DNA of 64,000 bases from Porphyridium purpureum (taxonomy: Eukaryota). The stretch is taken from positions 806,001 to 870,000 of the forward strand of contig VRMN01000005.1 of NCBI GenBank assembly GCA_008690995.1, given 5' to 3'. This document shows positions 53,903 through 64,000 of the stretch, one piece after another (positions within the stretch are counted from its first letter, which is position 1; the number at the start of each line of letters is the position of its first letter). Made by a program: the position numbers and the translations under genes. The notes beneath the pieces were generated by a model. That model did no database searches. It was not told the DNA's origin and saw nothing but the letters and a program-made list of their open reading frames with translations.

Positions 53903-55057
53903 CTAGCTCTTCTGCTCGCGTGGGATGACCCACGCCGGAAGCTTGGTTCCGCGCACAATCGCAAAGTACTCCAGCTTATCGGGGAAACTGCCTTCCGAAA
54001 GACCAAGGCCGCCCTTGTCTGCAAAGTAGGCGGCCGCTTTTTTGGCGTACAGCTTGGCGTCCTTTTTCTCCGCCTCGCTCGGATAATATGGCTTGAAGCG
54101 ATGAATCTCTACCGAGTTGTACATCTCTGTGAGCAGACGCAAGATCAGCCAGCCTCCGTTAATCGTGTCGTACGACGGCGAAAGTTTCGAGTATGGATAT
54201 TTGAGGATGTAGACTGAAACCGGGTAGCCCGCGACGAACGCACCCGAACGGAATGGAATCAGGCATTTTCCATTTTCTGTCGTCCCCTCCGGAAAAATAA
54301 GCAGCGGCGCCACGGGCGTCTTGTCGTCCTGCAGCTCGGCGAGGGCGCGCTGTCGTTGTATGATCTTTTCTGTCACATTGCCAGCGCCCGACGAAAGCCT
54401 GTCCACGTACAGACTCTGTGCGGCTGTGGCGATGCGTCCGACGAGCGGGATGTGCGATACCGATTCCTTTGCCACGAATGAGGGCATATTGTAAGACATG
54501 AATACCAAAATGTCGATCATGCTCACATGATTAGAGCAAACGGTGTAGTGCTTGGCCTCTTCGTAGTCGTAGCCGGGCTCATCGACGTACGCAACCCGCA
54601 CAAAGCCAAAGCTGAGGAGCATCATGCGCGCACAGAAGCGGCCGCAAAAAGTGAGGATCTTTTGCCGGTAGGCTGGCACCAGCTCGACTGAGTTGGAAGT
54701 CGAGTTGCTTGGCTGCGCGGCGCGCTCACTCGCAGTGTCACCAGTACCGAGCGCGTCGGTGGCATTTGCCCGAGTCGTTTGTTGCTGTGCTGCGTCATTC
54801 GCGGCCACGGCCTTCGAATGGCGCTTCTTCTGCTTTGTGAGTCTCGGCCCGAATGTCAGGTACGAGAAGTAGCACGCGAACACCCAAAATAACGCGTTTG
54901 CGACGCGCAGCGGCAAGAGCGGGATGGTGATCATAAACTTGACAAAGTCGAGCCACGAGTACGGCGGGATGTCGCGGCGGAACGCGTCGAAGATGGGGTC
55001 GAACTCATCACGAACCTCATGCACCACATGCGCGCCATTCTTCTCCAGCGCATCCAT
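53903..55057 (-). CDS. Lysophospholipid acyltransferase (LPEAT/LPCAT-like, PlsC domain)
   Basis: PFRR-like AFRRD, SNHVSMID, PSFVAK, IPLVG, LIFPEGTTENG, FRSGAF, PYYPSEAEKKD..LYA. Confidence 0.92.
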   Translation of the reverse strand: MDALEKNGAHVVHEVRDEFDPIFDAFRRDIPPYSWLDFVKFMITIPLLPLRVANALFWVFACYFSYLTFGPRLTKQKKRHSKAVAANDAAQQQTTRANATDALGTGDTASERAAQPSNSTSNSVELVPAYRQKILTFCGRFCARMMLLSFGFVRVAYVDEPGYDYEEAKHYTVCSNHVSMIDILVFMSYNMPSFVAKESVSHIPLVGRIATAAQSLYVDRLSSGAGNVTEKIIQRQRALAELQDDKTPVAPLLIFPEGTTENGKCLIPFRSGAFVAGYPVSVYILKYPYSKLSPSYDTINGGWLILRLLTEMYNSVEIHRFKPYYPSEAEKKDAKLYAKKAAAYFADKGGLGLSEGSFPDKLEYFAIVRGTKLPAWVIPREQKS

Positions 55058-55857
55058 GCTTTCTCTCCCTCACCACAACCCCACACACGCACACACACAC
55101 ACACACATGCCCTCCCCCGCACCATTAGGCAGCAGGCACCGACACGCTGCGTCTTCTCGCACCGGCTGCGCCCAACATGATAAAAGTACAGTGCGCGAGG
55201 AATAATTTAATCGCGCCACAGTACCCACACGTCACTGTACATCAACTGAACACCGCCGCCATCCCGTTTTTCGCACCTCGAAACGGATCTCATCTCAGTT
55301 GTATCTGAGCGCGTTTGCGTATGAAGGATCACGGCATTTGCCTGATTCATTCATAAAGTTACGTGTGGTTCGTTGTCTCCTGTGCGAGTACTGAAAATGA
55401 TGGAAAATGATGAAAATGGTGAAAATGGTAATGGATTATTATTGATCGATGCGAGCGCGTGGAAGAGCAGCGGGGTTTTAGGGGGGTGTGGGGGTTTTGA
55501 GGGGTTGAGCCCAAGGTGGCACCGCTGGCTTGTAATAAAACAGCGCGGGTTTAATAGGAGCGATGATCTACACGGTGGGCGGTTTTGAGTATGTGTGAGA
55601 GCAGAGAACAAAGAGAGGGGAAGGAGGAAATTAGAGGAGGGAGAAGGAGCTTAAACCGATAGCGGGTGGAGCGGTCTTTTGTGTTGTTTTAGTTTTTGCT
55701 TTGGTGGGGTGTGGTGGGGTGTTGGGGGTTGAGATTCAAAGGACGTGTGATCGAGGGAGTGGGTGTGGTGGAGTGGGTGTGTGTGCGAGTAGTGAGGCGC
55801 GAGGTTGGGTGGGGGTGGGGAGAGGTGACGGAGCGGATCTGAGTGTGGGAGGGCAGG

Positions 55858-56722
55858 ATGGCGTTTGTGGGGTATGCGGGCAGTGGCGCGTTGGCCGGGG
55901 CGGTTGGCGCGCCGGCCGCGCGCGTCGGCGCTGCGGTCGCGACGCGCCGCTGTGCGGCCCGGCGCGCGCCGGTGCGCGCTGCGCATGGCGGACGACGGCG
56001 AGAAGCTCAAGGCGGACGTCAACGAGGCCGCGAAAATCGTCGAGAAGGACGTGAAGGAGGCGTCGCAGGCCGTGCAGACCAGGGCGGAGCCCGCGGCCAC
56101 CACCGCCGAGGAGTACGCCCAGTCCGCGTCGGACAGCTTTGCCAAGTACCAGGCGATGCTCTCCGAGTACATGGAGGACGTCACGGCCAAGCTCGAGAAC
56201 GTGGATCCAGACGCCGTCGTCGACGATATCGGCAAGGCGTCGACCACGCTGTTCGACAACTTTATGGCCGGCGAGTGGCTCAAGCGCGGCGAGGTGTACG
56301 GCGCGGCGCAGCTTGTGCTGGCGTTCATGATGCTCACCGGCCAGCCTCTGGTCGACGCGCTCGCGAGCTTGCTGCTGGGCCCGGGACTGTTCATCTCTGG
56401 CGCGGTGCTGTCTGGCAAGGCGCTGGTAGATCTTGGGATCCCGAACCTGAGCCTGTGGCCCAGGCCCGTCTCCAAGGGCACGCTCGTCACCACGGGCCTG
56501 TACGAAAAAGTAAGGCACCCGGTTTACTCTGGCGTGCTGCTCGTATCTCTGGGCAACGCGGCCGCGACCCATTCGGCCGGCAGCTTTGCGCTGACCGCGG
56601 CGCTCGCGGCGCTCTTTGTGAAGAAGATCGAAGTCGAGGAGGAGTTCCTCAAGGAAAAGTACCCGGAGTACTCAAGCTACCAAATCTCGACGCCATACAA
56701 ACTCATTCCGAAAGTTTGGTAA
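55858..56722 (+). CDS. ICMT/PEMT (Ste14-like) membrane methyltransferase family protein; plastid transit peptide out of frame as assembled
   Basis: NLSLWPRP..GTLVTTGLYEKVRHPVYSG, EEEFL..KYPEYSSY...LIP. MAFV start at 55858 is out of frame; in-frame ATGs are at 55874 and 55985. Confidence 0.8.
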
Positions 56723-57019
56723 TAGATGCGCCTGAGGCGCGATTCCGTCGCATTCCTTTTTCTGCATACTAGTTCTATGTGCCTTGCCCTACTTTCTATC
56801 AGTGTCACAAAGTAAATCTAGACATAGACACAAGCGCTGCCTTGCGATCCGCCACGTGCGCTGCTCCATCAGATCCAAGAGTAAAGCAGTCGCGTACTGG
56901 ACTGGCAATCACTTTGTTCCTTTACATTTACAGTCAGGGGGCGTTCCGTGGACAACGGCAGTGGGCCAGCACTCCCTGCACTGCGCCAAGGAAAGCGTCA
57001 GAACGGGCTTTCGATTCGA

Positions 57020-57955
57020 CTACGAAGCAGAAGCACTTTCCGGCACAACCGAGTTGTAGTGCTCGCCCAAGCCGTACATCTTGCGGTGGTAGGAAAGCCT
57101 GATCGTGCGCTTCACAGGCGTGTCCTGTGGTGGCTCACTGACCACAAGAGGAAGATCTGCAGCGAACACCTCGATTCGAGCCGCAAGCGCTTCCGCGAGC
57201 GCTTTAATTTCCAACTGCCCGCCCCAGCAATTAGGCTCGTCGCGTATTTGCTCGCAGCAGGTCTGAAACGGAACATCGGTGTCCAGAAACGGTGCAAAAT
57301 CGTCCTGATGCGCCAACATATGATCTGCCACAATACGGCGCAGCGCCGCGCTTGCCGCACTCGAGTTGGCATTCAGAAGAGCAGGGTCCAGGTCCGAGGA
57401 AGAGCTTGCATTGCGCACGAGCTGGTCGGCTACTGAAGCGAAAAGACAATTGCCGTCCGGCGGGATCGCGTGCAGAGTGAGCCCGAGCGGCTCGAGCTTT
57501 TTACAGAGCGTGTCCGCCTCGGCCTGCTTCTCATTCGGCAGCGCGCGGGCTGCGGCTTTATCTTCTTCCAGTCGTCGCTCCATCTCCTCCTGCTGTGCCT
57601 TCTTCTTGAGTTTGCGCTTCTGCGCCTTGCTGGGCTCCCGCGACTGCGGCGACAGAGGAGTTTGTTCCGTCCGGGCGGCGTCCGCGGGTAGGACCGTGGC
57701 GGGCGCTGCTTCTACGCCCAACTGCTTCCTCTCGTCAGCATGCCGCAAGCGCAGACTGCGCATGAGCTCGTCGACCTCTTCCTGCACACGCGCGCGCCCC
57801 ACGCGGTCCTTCTTCGGCACGCGCGCACGCATCATTTCCGCGCGGCGCGCCAGCTGCTCGCCCTCTTCCGCATGCCGAGCTTCCAGCTCGTTCAGCGTCT
57901 CGCCGTCGTGCCCGCGGACGTCAGCGTCCACGTCCTCGCCGAGCTCGGCCATCAT
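57020..57955 (-). CDS. OTU deubiquitinase (OTUD6/Otu2-like)
   Basis: Coiled-coil N-terminus, SKAQKRK, IPPDGNCLFASVADQL, WGGQLEI.AL, LSYHRKMYGLGEHYNS. Confidence 0.93.
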   Translation of the reverse strand: MMAELGEDVDADVRGHDGETLNELEARHAEEGEQLARRAEMMRARVPKKDRVGRARVQEEVDELMRSLRLRHADERKQLGVEAAPATVLPADAARTEQTPLSPQSREPSKAQKRKLKKKAQQEEMERRLEEDKAAARALPNEKQAEADTLCKKLEPLGLTLHAIPPDGNCLFASVADQLVRNASSSSDLDPALLNANSSAASAALRRIVADHMLAHQDDFAPFLDTDVPFQTCCEQIRDEPNCWGGQLEIKALAEALAARIEVFAADLPLVVSEPPQDTPVKRTIRLSYHRKMYGLGEHYNSVVPESASAS

Positions 57956-58232
57956 GCATCGTAGCCGCAGCGGCCACGCGTCAAACGCAAACAACTCGCT
58001 CCCGCGTTCTTGCGTAGCGCCCTCCCCCGCACGCGAAACTGTACCTTAAGTCACTGTACCTCAATACCTACCTTACAGAGTGACCCTACGGGGAAACATG
58101 GGTGCGCGAACGCTTTTGCATGCATGCGTGAGCTAGATATGGGTCTCTCTCACAGATGGCGCACGGAGTGCGTATCCGCAGAGTCGAGGACTCACAGCAG
58201 GCCTGCGACAGGCGCACCGGCGCATGCGATGA

Positions 58233-59102
58233 CTAGAGAGGAGAAAGATGGCAGCCGAGCAGGCCCGGGCCCGACCACACTTGAGGCACAAGAACGAGCG
58301 ACACGTGCTGCAGCGCTGACTCGGTTGACTCGCTGCGCTGCACCTCCACAGTCAGCGCCGCGCCCACGTTTTCTCTCACGACAGCGGGCAGGCGCCGAAA
58401 CGCGTCCTGGACGGCACCGCCGTGCTCGGCGCGGATGGGTCCGAACGACAGAACAAGGTCCTGAGGCTTCAGACCTGCGGTGTGCGCGGGCGAGAGCGCG
58501 GTTACTTGATTCACCTTGGCGAAAGGCGTCTTTGGAATCACACTGATATCGCTGTCACTGTCGCTTTCAGAGCCAGGTATGGAGCCGTTCAGCTCGCTGG
58601 TTCGAACGCCAGGTTGGACCGTCCGACGCGCCTCGCGCGCGTGCGGATGTTCGTGCAATGTTTGTGCGTTTGGCGTCGCGCCGCTGGATACGACAGAGTT
58701 GGGCGAGGAGGTCATGTCCGACAGGTCGTCTGACGCCGCACCTGCCGGCCCCTGGTGCTCGCCGCGAACCCGTGCTTCCGAATTCATTTCCTGGAACGCC
58801 GCAAGTATCGCAACCTCCATTTGGCTCGTGACCTGTGCGACGTCTGTGCGGAGACAAGCGAGCGTGTGCCGCAGACGCCGCGACTGCATGACATCAACAT
58901 CTGCGCGCGGAAAGCCTTCTGCGTCGACGAGCGGAGCGGTCAACCCAGCCATACCGGGCGCGCACAGCGCGTCCACAATGCTCTTTATCTCCGCCTCAAT
59001 TTCCTCGCGGCGCGCGTGCAGCCGCAGAGCCCTGGCCTGCGCGGATTCAGCCGCAGACCCGCTCACATCGTCGCCTCCCTCCACGCCTATCTCCTTACCC
59101 AT
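58233..59102 (-). CDS. PSMD9: 26S proteasome assembly chaperone Nas2/p27 (PDZ)
   Basis: PLVDAEGFPRADVD...R.LR...CLRTD, PFAKVNQV...SPA..AGL, LVPQVWSGPGLLGCHL. Confidence 0.92.
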   Translation of the reverse strand: MGKEIGVEGGDDVSGSAAESAQARALRLHARREEIEAEIKSIVDALCAPGMAGLTAPLVDAEGFPRADVDVMQSRRLRHTLACLRTDVAQVTSQMEVAILAAFQEMNSEARVRGEHQGPAGAASDDLSDMTSSPNSVVSSGATPNAQTLHEHPHAREARRTVQPGVRTSELNGSIPGSESDSDSDISVIPKTPFAKVNQVTALSPAHTAGLKPQDLVLSFGPIRAEHGGAVQDAFRRLPAVVRENVGAALTVEVQRSESTESALQHVSLVLVPQVWSGPGLLGCHLSPL

Positions 59103-59461
59103 GATCTCCACCAACCAACCCACCCACACACACACACACACATACGCACACACAAACACACACACAAAGTCTCTCCTCCTCATGCAGCCCCGCACACCCC
59201 GCACTTGCCAGCACGCTCGTCTTCAAACGCAGCGGTTAGGGTTACTGAATTGGAACTGTACTTCGACTCTGTACTTTTACTTTGCTCTTTTTTAATGTTT
59301 TGTTTTGTTTATTTTGTTTCTTTTGTTTCTTTTGTTGTTTAAGTTTTCGCCACAGCGCTTGCAGAGTCGGAAGGGGGGAGTAGGGAGAAGTGGGACAGGG
59401 CGGGGGCGAGTGTCTGGCGTGGCGGCGCACGTGAGTGGAAACGCACGGGGGAGGGGACAGG

Positions 59462-60124
59462 ATGTCCGAGTTCTACCAGTCGAGCTTTGGGCCGCCGCCG
59501 GGAATGGCTGGAGCCGGGGCGGCGGGAGGTATGGTGCCGCAGCATGCTGCGCTCGCGCCCGGCCTGTCGGCGCAGCAGCACTCCTTCTCCACGTCGTCGT
59601 TCGAGGACGAGCCGCCGCTGCTCGAGGAGCTCGGCATCAACGTCGAGCATATTTGGGCAAAAGCGCTCATGGTCCTGAACCCGTTGTCCAAGTTCGATCC
59701 CTCGTTCGCGGACGAGCCGGATATGAGCGGGCCTGTGCTGTTCTGCTTGCTGTTGGGCGTGTTTCTCTTGTTGGGTGGAAAGGTCCAGTTTGGTCAGATC
59801 TACGGGCAGGCGTCGATCGGGTGCGTCAGTATTTACCTCGTGCTCAATCTCATGTCCCAAAGTCGCATCGATATGTACCGTTCCACCAGCATTCTCGGCT
59901 ACTCCTTGCTACCCATGGTGATCATGGCGGGACTGCGCATCTTTCTGTCCAGTCCGCGCTTCCAAGTCGTCACAATTATTCTGGGCGCCGTCGCCATCGC
60001 GTGGTGCACCATTATCGCCACCAAAATCTTTGTGGCTGTGCTTTCTTTGCGTGAGCAAACGTGGCTCGTGGGATACCCGCTGGGCCTCTTGTACACGTCC
60101 TTTGCGCTCATTACTGTGTTCTGA
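59462..60124 (+). CDS. YIP1: Yip1-domain protein (YIPF5/7-like)
   Basis: FEDEPPLLEELGIN, DMSGP, GKVQFG.IYG, SILGYSLLP, LVGYP..LLY. Confidence 0.94.
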   Translation: MSEFYQSSFGPPPGMAGAGAAGGMVPQHAALAPGLSAQQHSFSTSSFEDEPPLLEELGINVEHIWAKALMVLNPLSKFDPSFADEPDMSGPVLFCLLLGVFLLLGGKVQFGQIYGQASIGCVSIYLVLNLMSQSRIDMYRSTSILGYSLLPMVIMAGLRIFLSSPRFQVVTIILGAVAIAWCTIIATKIFVAVLSLREQTWLVGYPLGLLYTSFALITVF

Positions 60125-60472
60125 TATTATCGGTCATGACTCAGCCATTGGTATCGCATAGTTTGGTGCTCGGTGCCGCTTGGATGCTCGACGGGACGTT
60201 TCACAACGTCTGCAGCTGTGCGTATCCTTAACCCAGCCAAGTTCTTGCGGCCATGTCAATAAGACGGTTTGATCTGTGTAAATTAGCAAGTATGTTGATT
60301 CATTGCCTCTGTCCCGCTCAAATCTAGGCTGCCAATCTGCGTGCTTCAGTATCCCGGCCAGTTGCACGTCAACTGCACACTGGTCACGAATGCCCAGACA
60401 GAGGAATCTTTCTGCCGATCCGCAGAGATTCGACTTGCCGCCAGTGTCCATCGGTGCACACGGACGTTCCGA

Positions 60473-62122
60473 ATGATTAAGCGCGCGACAGGCAGCGCAT
60501 TGCGTACGCTGTTGGGAGCAACGTTGGGATGTTGGCTTTCATCAATTATTCCGCCTTGGGCGATATGGTCGGGTGTGGTGAGCGTGCTTGGCCGCTCAGT
60601 GCTCCTGCACGGCAGTGGTACATCGCAAGCGCAACAGCCGCTTTCTTCGTTCGGATGGCTGATCAATGTGGTGCAGGCATGGATGCTACTGCCAGTCCTT
60701 GCGGTTAAAGGCGCGCGAGCACTTCTTCGGCGCATGTGTCCCGCGCTCGCGAGAGACATGGAGTTCTGGAGCAGAGTCTTGCCAATCTACGTGCAATACA
60801 AGATGACGCAGCAGTACACGCAACGACTGGTGTCGGATGCTGATCGGCGCGATGAAATCTGGACGCGCAAACACGCGTGGGGCGCCAAGCAGGTATATAA
60901 TCTGTGCACGTCGATGCGTGGCTTTTACTTGAAGGACGGGCAGTTCATCGGCTCGCGCGCCGACTTTGTGCCGGCTGCTTGGTGCGACGAGTTGTGCCGT
61001 CTGCAAGATCGCGTGCCACCAGTGCCGTTTCGCTGTATTGAACGCACACTGTGCGAAAGTTTTGGCGTGAACACGATTCAACAGATCTTTTCGCACGTTG
61101 ATCAGCGCGCCTTGGGCAGCGCGACTATTGCGCAGGTGCACAAAGCAGAATGGTGCGGCTGCGCCGTCGTCATCAAAGCGCAGTACGCTGACCAGGAGGC
61201 GCTGTGCCGGTTGGACCTCAAGAACCTGCGCAAACTTGCAGAATTCTTGCAGTCGACGGACTTTCAGTTTTTCGATCTTATTTCAGTGGTGTGCGAGTTT
61301 GAGCAGCAGATTCCGCTCGAGTTTGACTTTGAGTTGGAGGCGAGGCACATGCACACCATTGCGACGAATTTGGCGCGCGCAGAAATTTGCCCACAGCTTG
61401 TGTGCATTCCGGCCACCGTGCCGGGCCTCGTTGCGCGGCGCGCCATCGTGATGGAATACATGGACGGTGTGCGCATTACCGAGCGAGATACGCTTGAGCA
61501 ATGGGGCATTGACCGATTGCGCGTAGTTGAGGCCCTGGGCCACGCGTATGGTCAAATGCTTCTCGTAGATGGTTTGTTCCATGCCGATTGCCACGAAGGC
61601 AATGTATTCGTGCTCAGAGACAATCGCGTCGCGCTGATCGACTTTGGCAATGTTAAAAGCATCAACCAGGAGACGCGCCGCGCACTGTGCGCTTTCTACT
61701 TGGCCATGGCGAACGGCGACGACGAGCGAACAGGGCAGCTGCTTTTTGCCATGGGTATTGAACTTAAAGGGGACCTGAATGACCCTAGTTTGCTAAGCAA
61801 GGCCGCGTTATATGCGAACGGTTTGTTCGACACTCGGCCTCTGCCATTGGGTGTCGAAATCAACCCATTTTCGAGCCGGAGCCCATTGCGTACCGCGCCC
61901 ATCAAGCGCTTTCCGGCAGAGCTCTTCATGGTGCTTCGCACAATGGGTCTTCTCCGAGCCTTTTGCGTGCAGGCGGGTGTTCGATTTGCAATGTCGCGTG
62001 CATTCGAGCCATACGCCATGCAGGGCCTTTCCAGCACCACGACACCTACCAAATTTCCGACGCCAAGCAAGGCGCAGCGCTTGGCGAGCAGATTGCGGCG
62101 CTTTTCGCTAAGTAGTCCGTGA
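60473..62122 (+). CDS. ABC1/UbiB-family atypical kinase
   Basis: GFYLKDGQ, LQDRVPP, LGSATIAQVHKA, VVIKAQY, ELDF-like EFDFELEA, MEYMDG, FHADCHEGN, LIDFG. Confidence 0.92.
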   Translation: MIKRATGSALRTLLGATLGCWLSSIIPPWAIWSGVVSVLGRSVLLHGSGTSQAQQPLSSFGWLINVVQAWMLLPVLAVKGARALLRRMCPALARDMEFWSRVLPIYVQYKMTQQYTQRLVSDADRRDEIWTRKHAWGAKQVYNLCTSMRGFYLKDGQFIGSRADFVPAAWCDELCRLQDRVPPVPFRCIERTLCESFGVNTIQQIFSHVDQRALGSATIAQVHKAEWCGCAVVIKAQYADQEALCRLDLKNLRKLAEFLQSTDFQFFDLISVVCEFEQQIPLEFDFELEARHMHTIATNLARAEICPQLVCIPATVPGLVARRAIVMEYMDGVRITERDTLEQWGIDRLRVVEALGHAYGQMLLVDGLFHADCHEGNVFVLRDNRVALIDFGNVKSINQETRRALCAFYLAMANGDDERTGQLLFAMGIELKGDLNDPSLLSKAALYANGLFDTRPLPLGVEINPFSSRSPLRTAPIKRFPAELFMVLRTMGLLRAFCVQAGVRFAMSRAFEPYAMQGLSSTTTPTKFPTPSKAQRLASRLRRFSLSSP

Positions 62123-62702
62123 ATGAGGTTGCGACGAAATGGAGGTCGTGGCATGACATAAACCGCTAGGCCTGCAAGGCAGGACAAGCTACGTACACGA
62201 AATCACCAGATGAACCCGCTTTGAGCGGCCAAGCGCGCGAATGTTGCGGTGATGCAGTCGACTCAAGGACTCGCACTTCAATTGCACGCATGGTGCACAG
62301 CGCATTCGTTTGATTTCGGCGCATGCGTCAAGTTCCCATACGATTCCGTCGCTCTTTTCGTACGAATCGTGCAGGCGCGCACCAGACCGATTGGAGATCC
62401 TCTTTCTAGCGTTGTTGAAAGCTGCGATCGTGTGGTTGGCGGAGCGGCCCGAGCATGCGAAGAGTTCGAGTGGGTGGCGTTTGCTTACAAACTTTATTGT
62501 GCAGAACGGAATGCCATTCTGGAGATGCTGTAACGTCGCCAACTCTGTCGACAATCGCTGCGCGCAGAAACACAAACCATAACATATGACGCATGCCCTC
62601 GGCTTTACTTTTAAGCACTGTGCAGAATATGGACTTGAAACATTCATGGGGACGGGCCTTGCCACAACAATGCGGCTTGACCCTGCATTCTCTCTCCCTC
62701 TC

Positions 62703-64000
62703 TTATCTGTCGATTTCACCAAACACGGCGTCAATCGTACCGAGCACCGTGACCACATCAGCCACCATATGGCCCTTGGTCATGAAATTCAGACCCTGAA
62801 GATGCGCAAAGCCCGGTGCACGAATCTTGCATCGATACGGTCGATTGGACCCGTCGGATACAAGGAGCACACCAAACTCGCCCTTTGGCGCCTCCACTGC
62901 GGTGTACGTCTCACCCGCCGGCACCGAGAAGCCTTCAGAATACAGCTTGAAGTGATGGATCAATGACTCCATCGATTGTTTCATCTGTGTGCGACTAGGC
63001 GGAGCGATCTTGCGATCGTCCACCTTGATTTCGCCCTCGGGCATTTGGTTCATACACTGCTCGATGATATGGATCGACTGGCGCATTTCCTCCATGCGGC
63101 ACAAGTAGCGATCAAAGCAGTCGCCGTTCACACCCGTGGGCACGATGAAATCCACCTCATCGTATGCATCGTACGGCTGCGCTTTACGCAGGTCCCAGCC
63201 CACACCGCTTCCGCGCAACATCACGCCAGAAAAGCCCCACGCGAGCGCCTCTTCCGCCGATACAACCCCAATGTCGACGAGGCGGATCTTCCAAATACGA
63301 TTGCCGGTAAGTAACTCTTCCATCTCGTCAATGCGGCTTGGGAACTGCTTGCAGAATGCGTAAATATCGTCCATGAGCCCTAGCGGCAGGTCGCTCGCCA
63401 CACCACCGGGTCGCACGTATGCAGAGTGCAGCCGCGCGCCAGACACGCGCTCGTAAAATTCCATCATTTTCTCGCGCTCTTCAAATGCCCACAGGAAGGG
63501 GGTTAGAGCACCCACGTCCATCGCGTGGCAAGGAACGGCAAGAAGATGATTCAGAATACGAGTGATTTCGCCAAACATTGTACGAATATACTTTGCGCGC
63601 GGAGGTGCTTCAATCTTCAGCAGCTTTTCGACGGCTAGCGAGTAGCACTGCTCTTGGGCCATCATCGATACGTAGTCCAGGCGGTCAAAGTATGGCAGCG
63701 CCTGCAGGTACGTCTTGTGCTCAATCAGTTTCTCTGTGCCACGGTGAAGCAGGCCGATGTGCGGGTCCGCGCGCTGCACAACCTCACCATCAAGCTCCAG
63801 GACGAGGCGAAGCACACCGTGCGCCGCGGGGTGCTGTGGCCCAAAGTTGAGCGTGAAATGCGTGACGCGCTTCTGCGCCTCAATGTCTGCGGTAATGCGC
63901 TGCTTTTCATACTCAGTAAGATCCGAGTACGCCACCTCGTCGGCAATCTCCTGGACCAACTCGCGCATGTCCGCGCCCGCCGAAATCTTTGGCCGCACCA
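62703..64000 (-). CDS. NDUFS2: NADH:ubiquinone oxidoreductase 49-kDa subunit (nuclear nad7); 5' end beyond window
   Basis: [52 protein letters not shown]. Confidence 0.97.
   Translation of the reverse strand, partial: VRPKISAGADMRELVQEIADEVAYSDLTEYEKQRITADIEAQKRVTHFTLNFGPQHPAAHGVLRLVLELDGEVVQRADPHIGLLHRGTEKLIEHKTYLQALPYFDRLDYVSMMAQEQCYSLAVEKLLKIEAPPRAKYIRTMFGEITRILNHLLAVPCHAMDVGALTPFLWAFEEREKMMEFYERVSGARLHSAYVRPGGVASDLPLGLMDDIYAFCKQFPSRIDEMEELLTGNRIWKIRLVDIGVVSAEEALAWGFSGVMLRGSGVGWDLRKAQPYDAYDEVDFIVPTGVNGDCFDRYLCRMEEMRQSIHIIEQCMNQMPEGEIKVDDRKIAPPSRTQMKQSMESLIHHFKLYSEGFSVPAGETYTAVEAPKGEFGVLLVSDGSNRPYRCKIRAPGFAHLQGLNFMTKGHMVADVVTVLGTIDAVFGEIDR

Noticed and set aside
5272..59102. Ubiquitin-proteasome gene cluster (NPL4, SVIP-like, OTU, PSMD9)
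   Set aside because: Spread over 54 kb among unrelated genes; only OTU and PSMD9 are adjacent. Chance is sufficient in a gene-dense genome.
59235..59244. TTAGGGTTA as telomeric repeat or telomerase template
   Set aside because: Only 1.5 units and no supporting structure.
62189..62758. 189-aa minus-strand ORF downstream of nad7
   Set aside because: Overlaps the nad7 3' end and probable UTR; no recognisable domain or codon bias. Cannot be fully excluded.

Overview
Gene-dense, intron-poor, GC-rich eukaryotic nuclear DNA. The signs point to a unicellular red alga (Porphyridium-like; inferred, not proven): F-containing plastid transit peptides (MAFV/LAFV/VGFV), a chlamydial-type plastid ATP/ADP carrier, nuclear nad7, and only two supportable introns. 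About 33 protein-coding genes are supported, mostly housekeeping (P2B Ca-ATPase, NPL4, PDHB, IMP1, PP2C, TBL1, GPAT, NTT, MCM2, OTU, PSMD9, YIP1, ABC1K, NDUFS2). I saw no rRNA, tRNA, CRISPR array or intact mobile element. Highlights: (1) a protein with the full FMRP/FXR N-terminal architecture (Agenet-Agenet-KH0-KH1-KH2-helix, no RGG tail), a family usually treated as animal-centred; (2) its divergent neighbour, a tyrosine-aminotransferase-fold pseudoenzyme lacking the PLP lysine, fused to a long Zn-finger-bearing N-terminus; (3) an SVIP-like microprotein with both SHP and VIM p97-binding motifs; (4) a recurrent upstream motif ACTGTAC/GTACAGT and twin E2F sites before MCM2; (5) an out-of-frame plastid transit peptide on an ICMT/PEMT-family gene. 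All family calls are from motif recognition by eye; no database searches were run.
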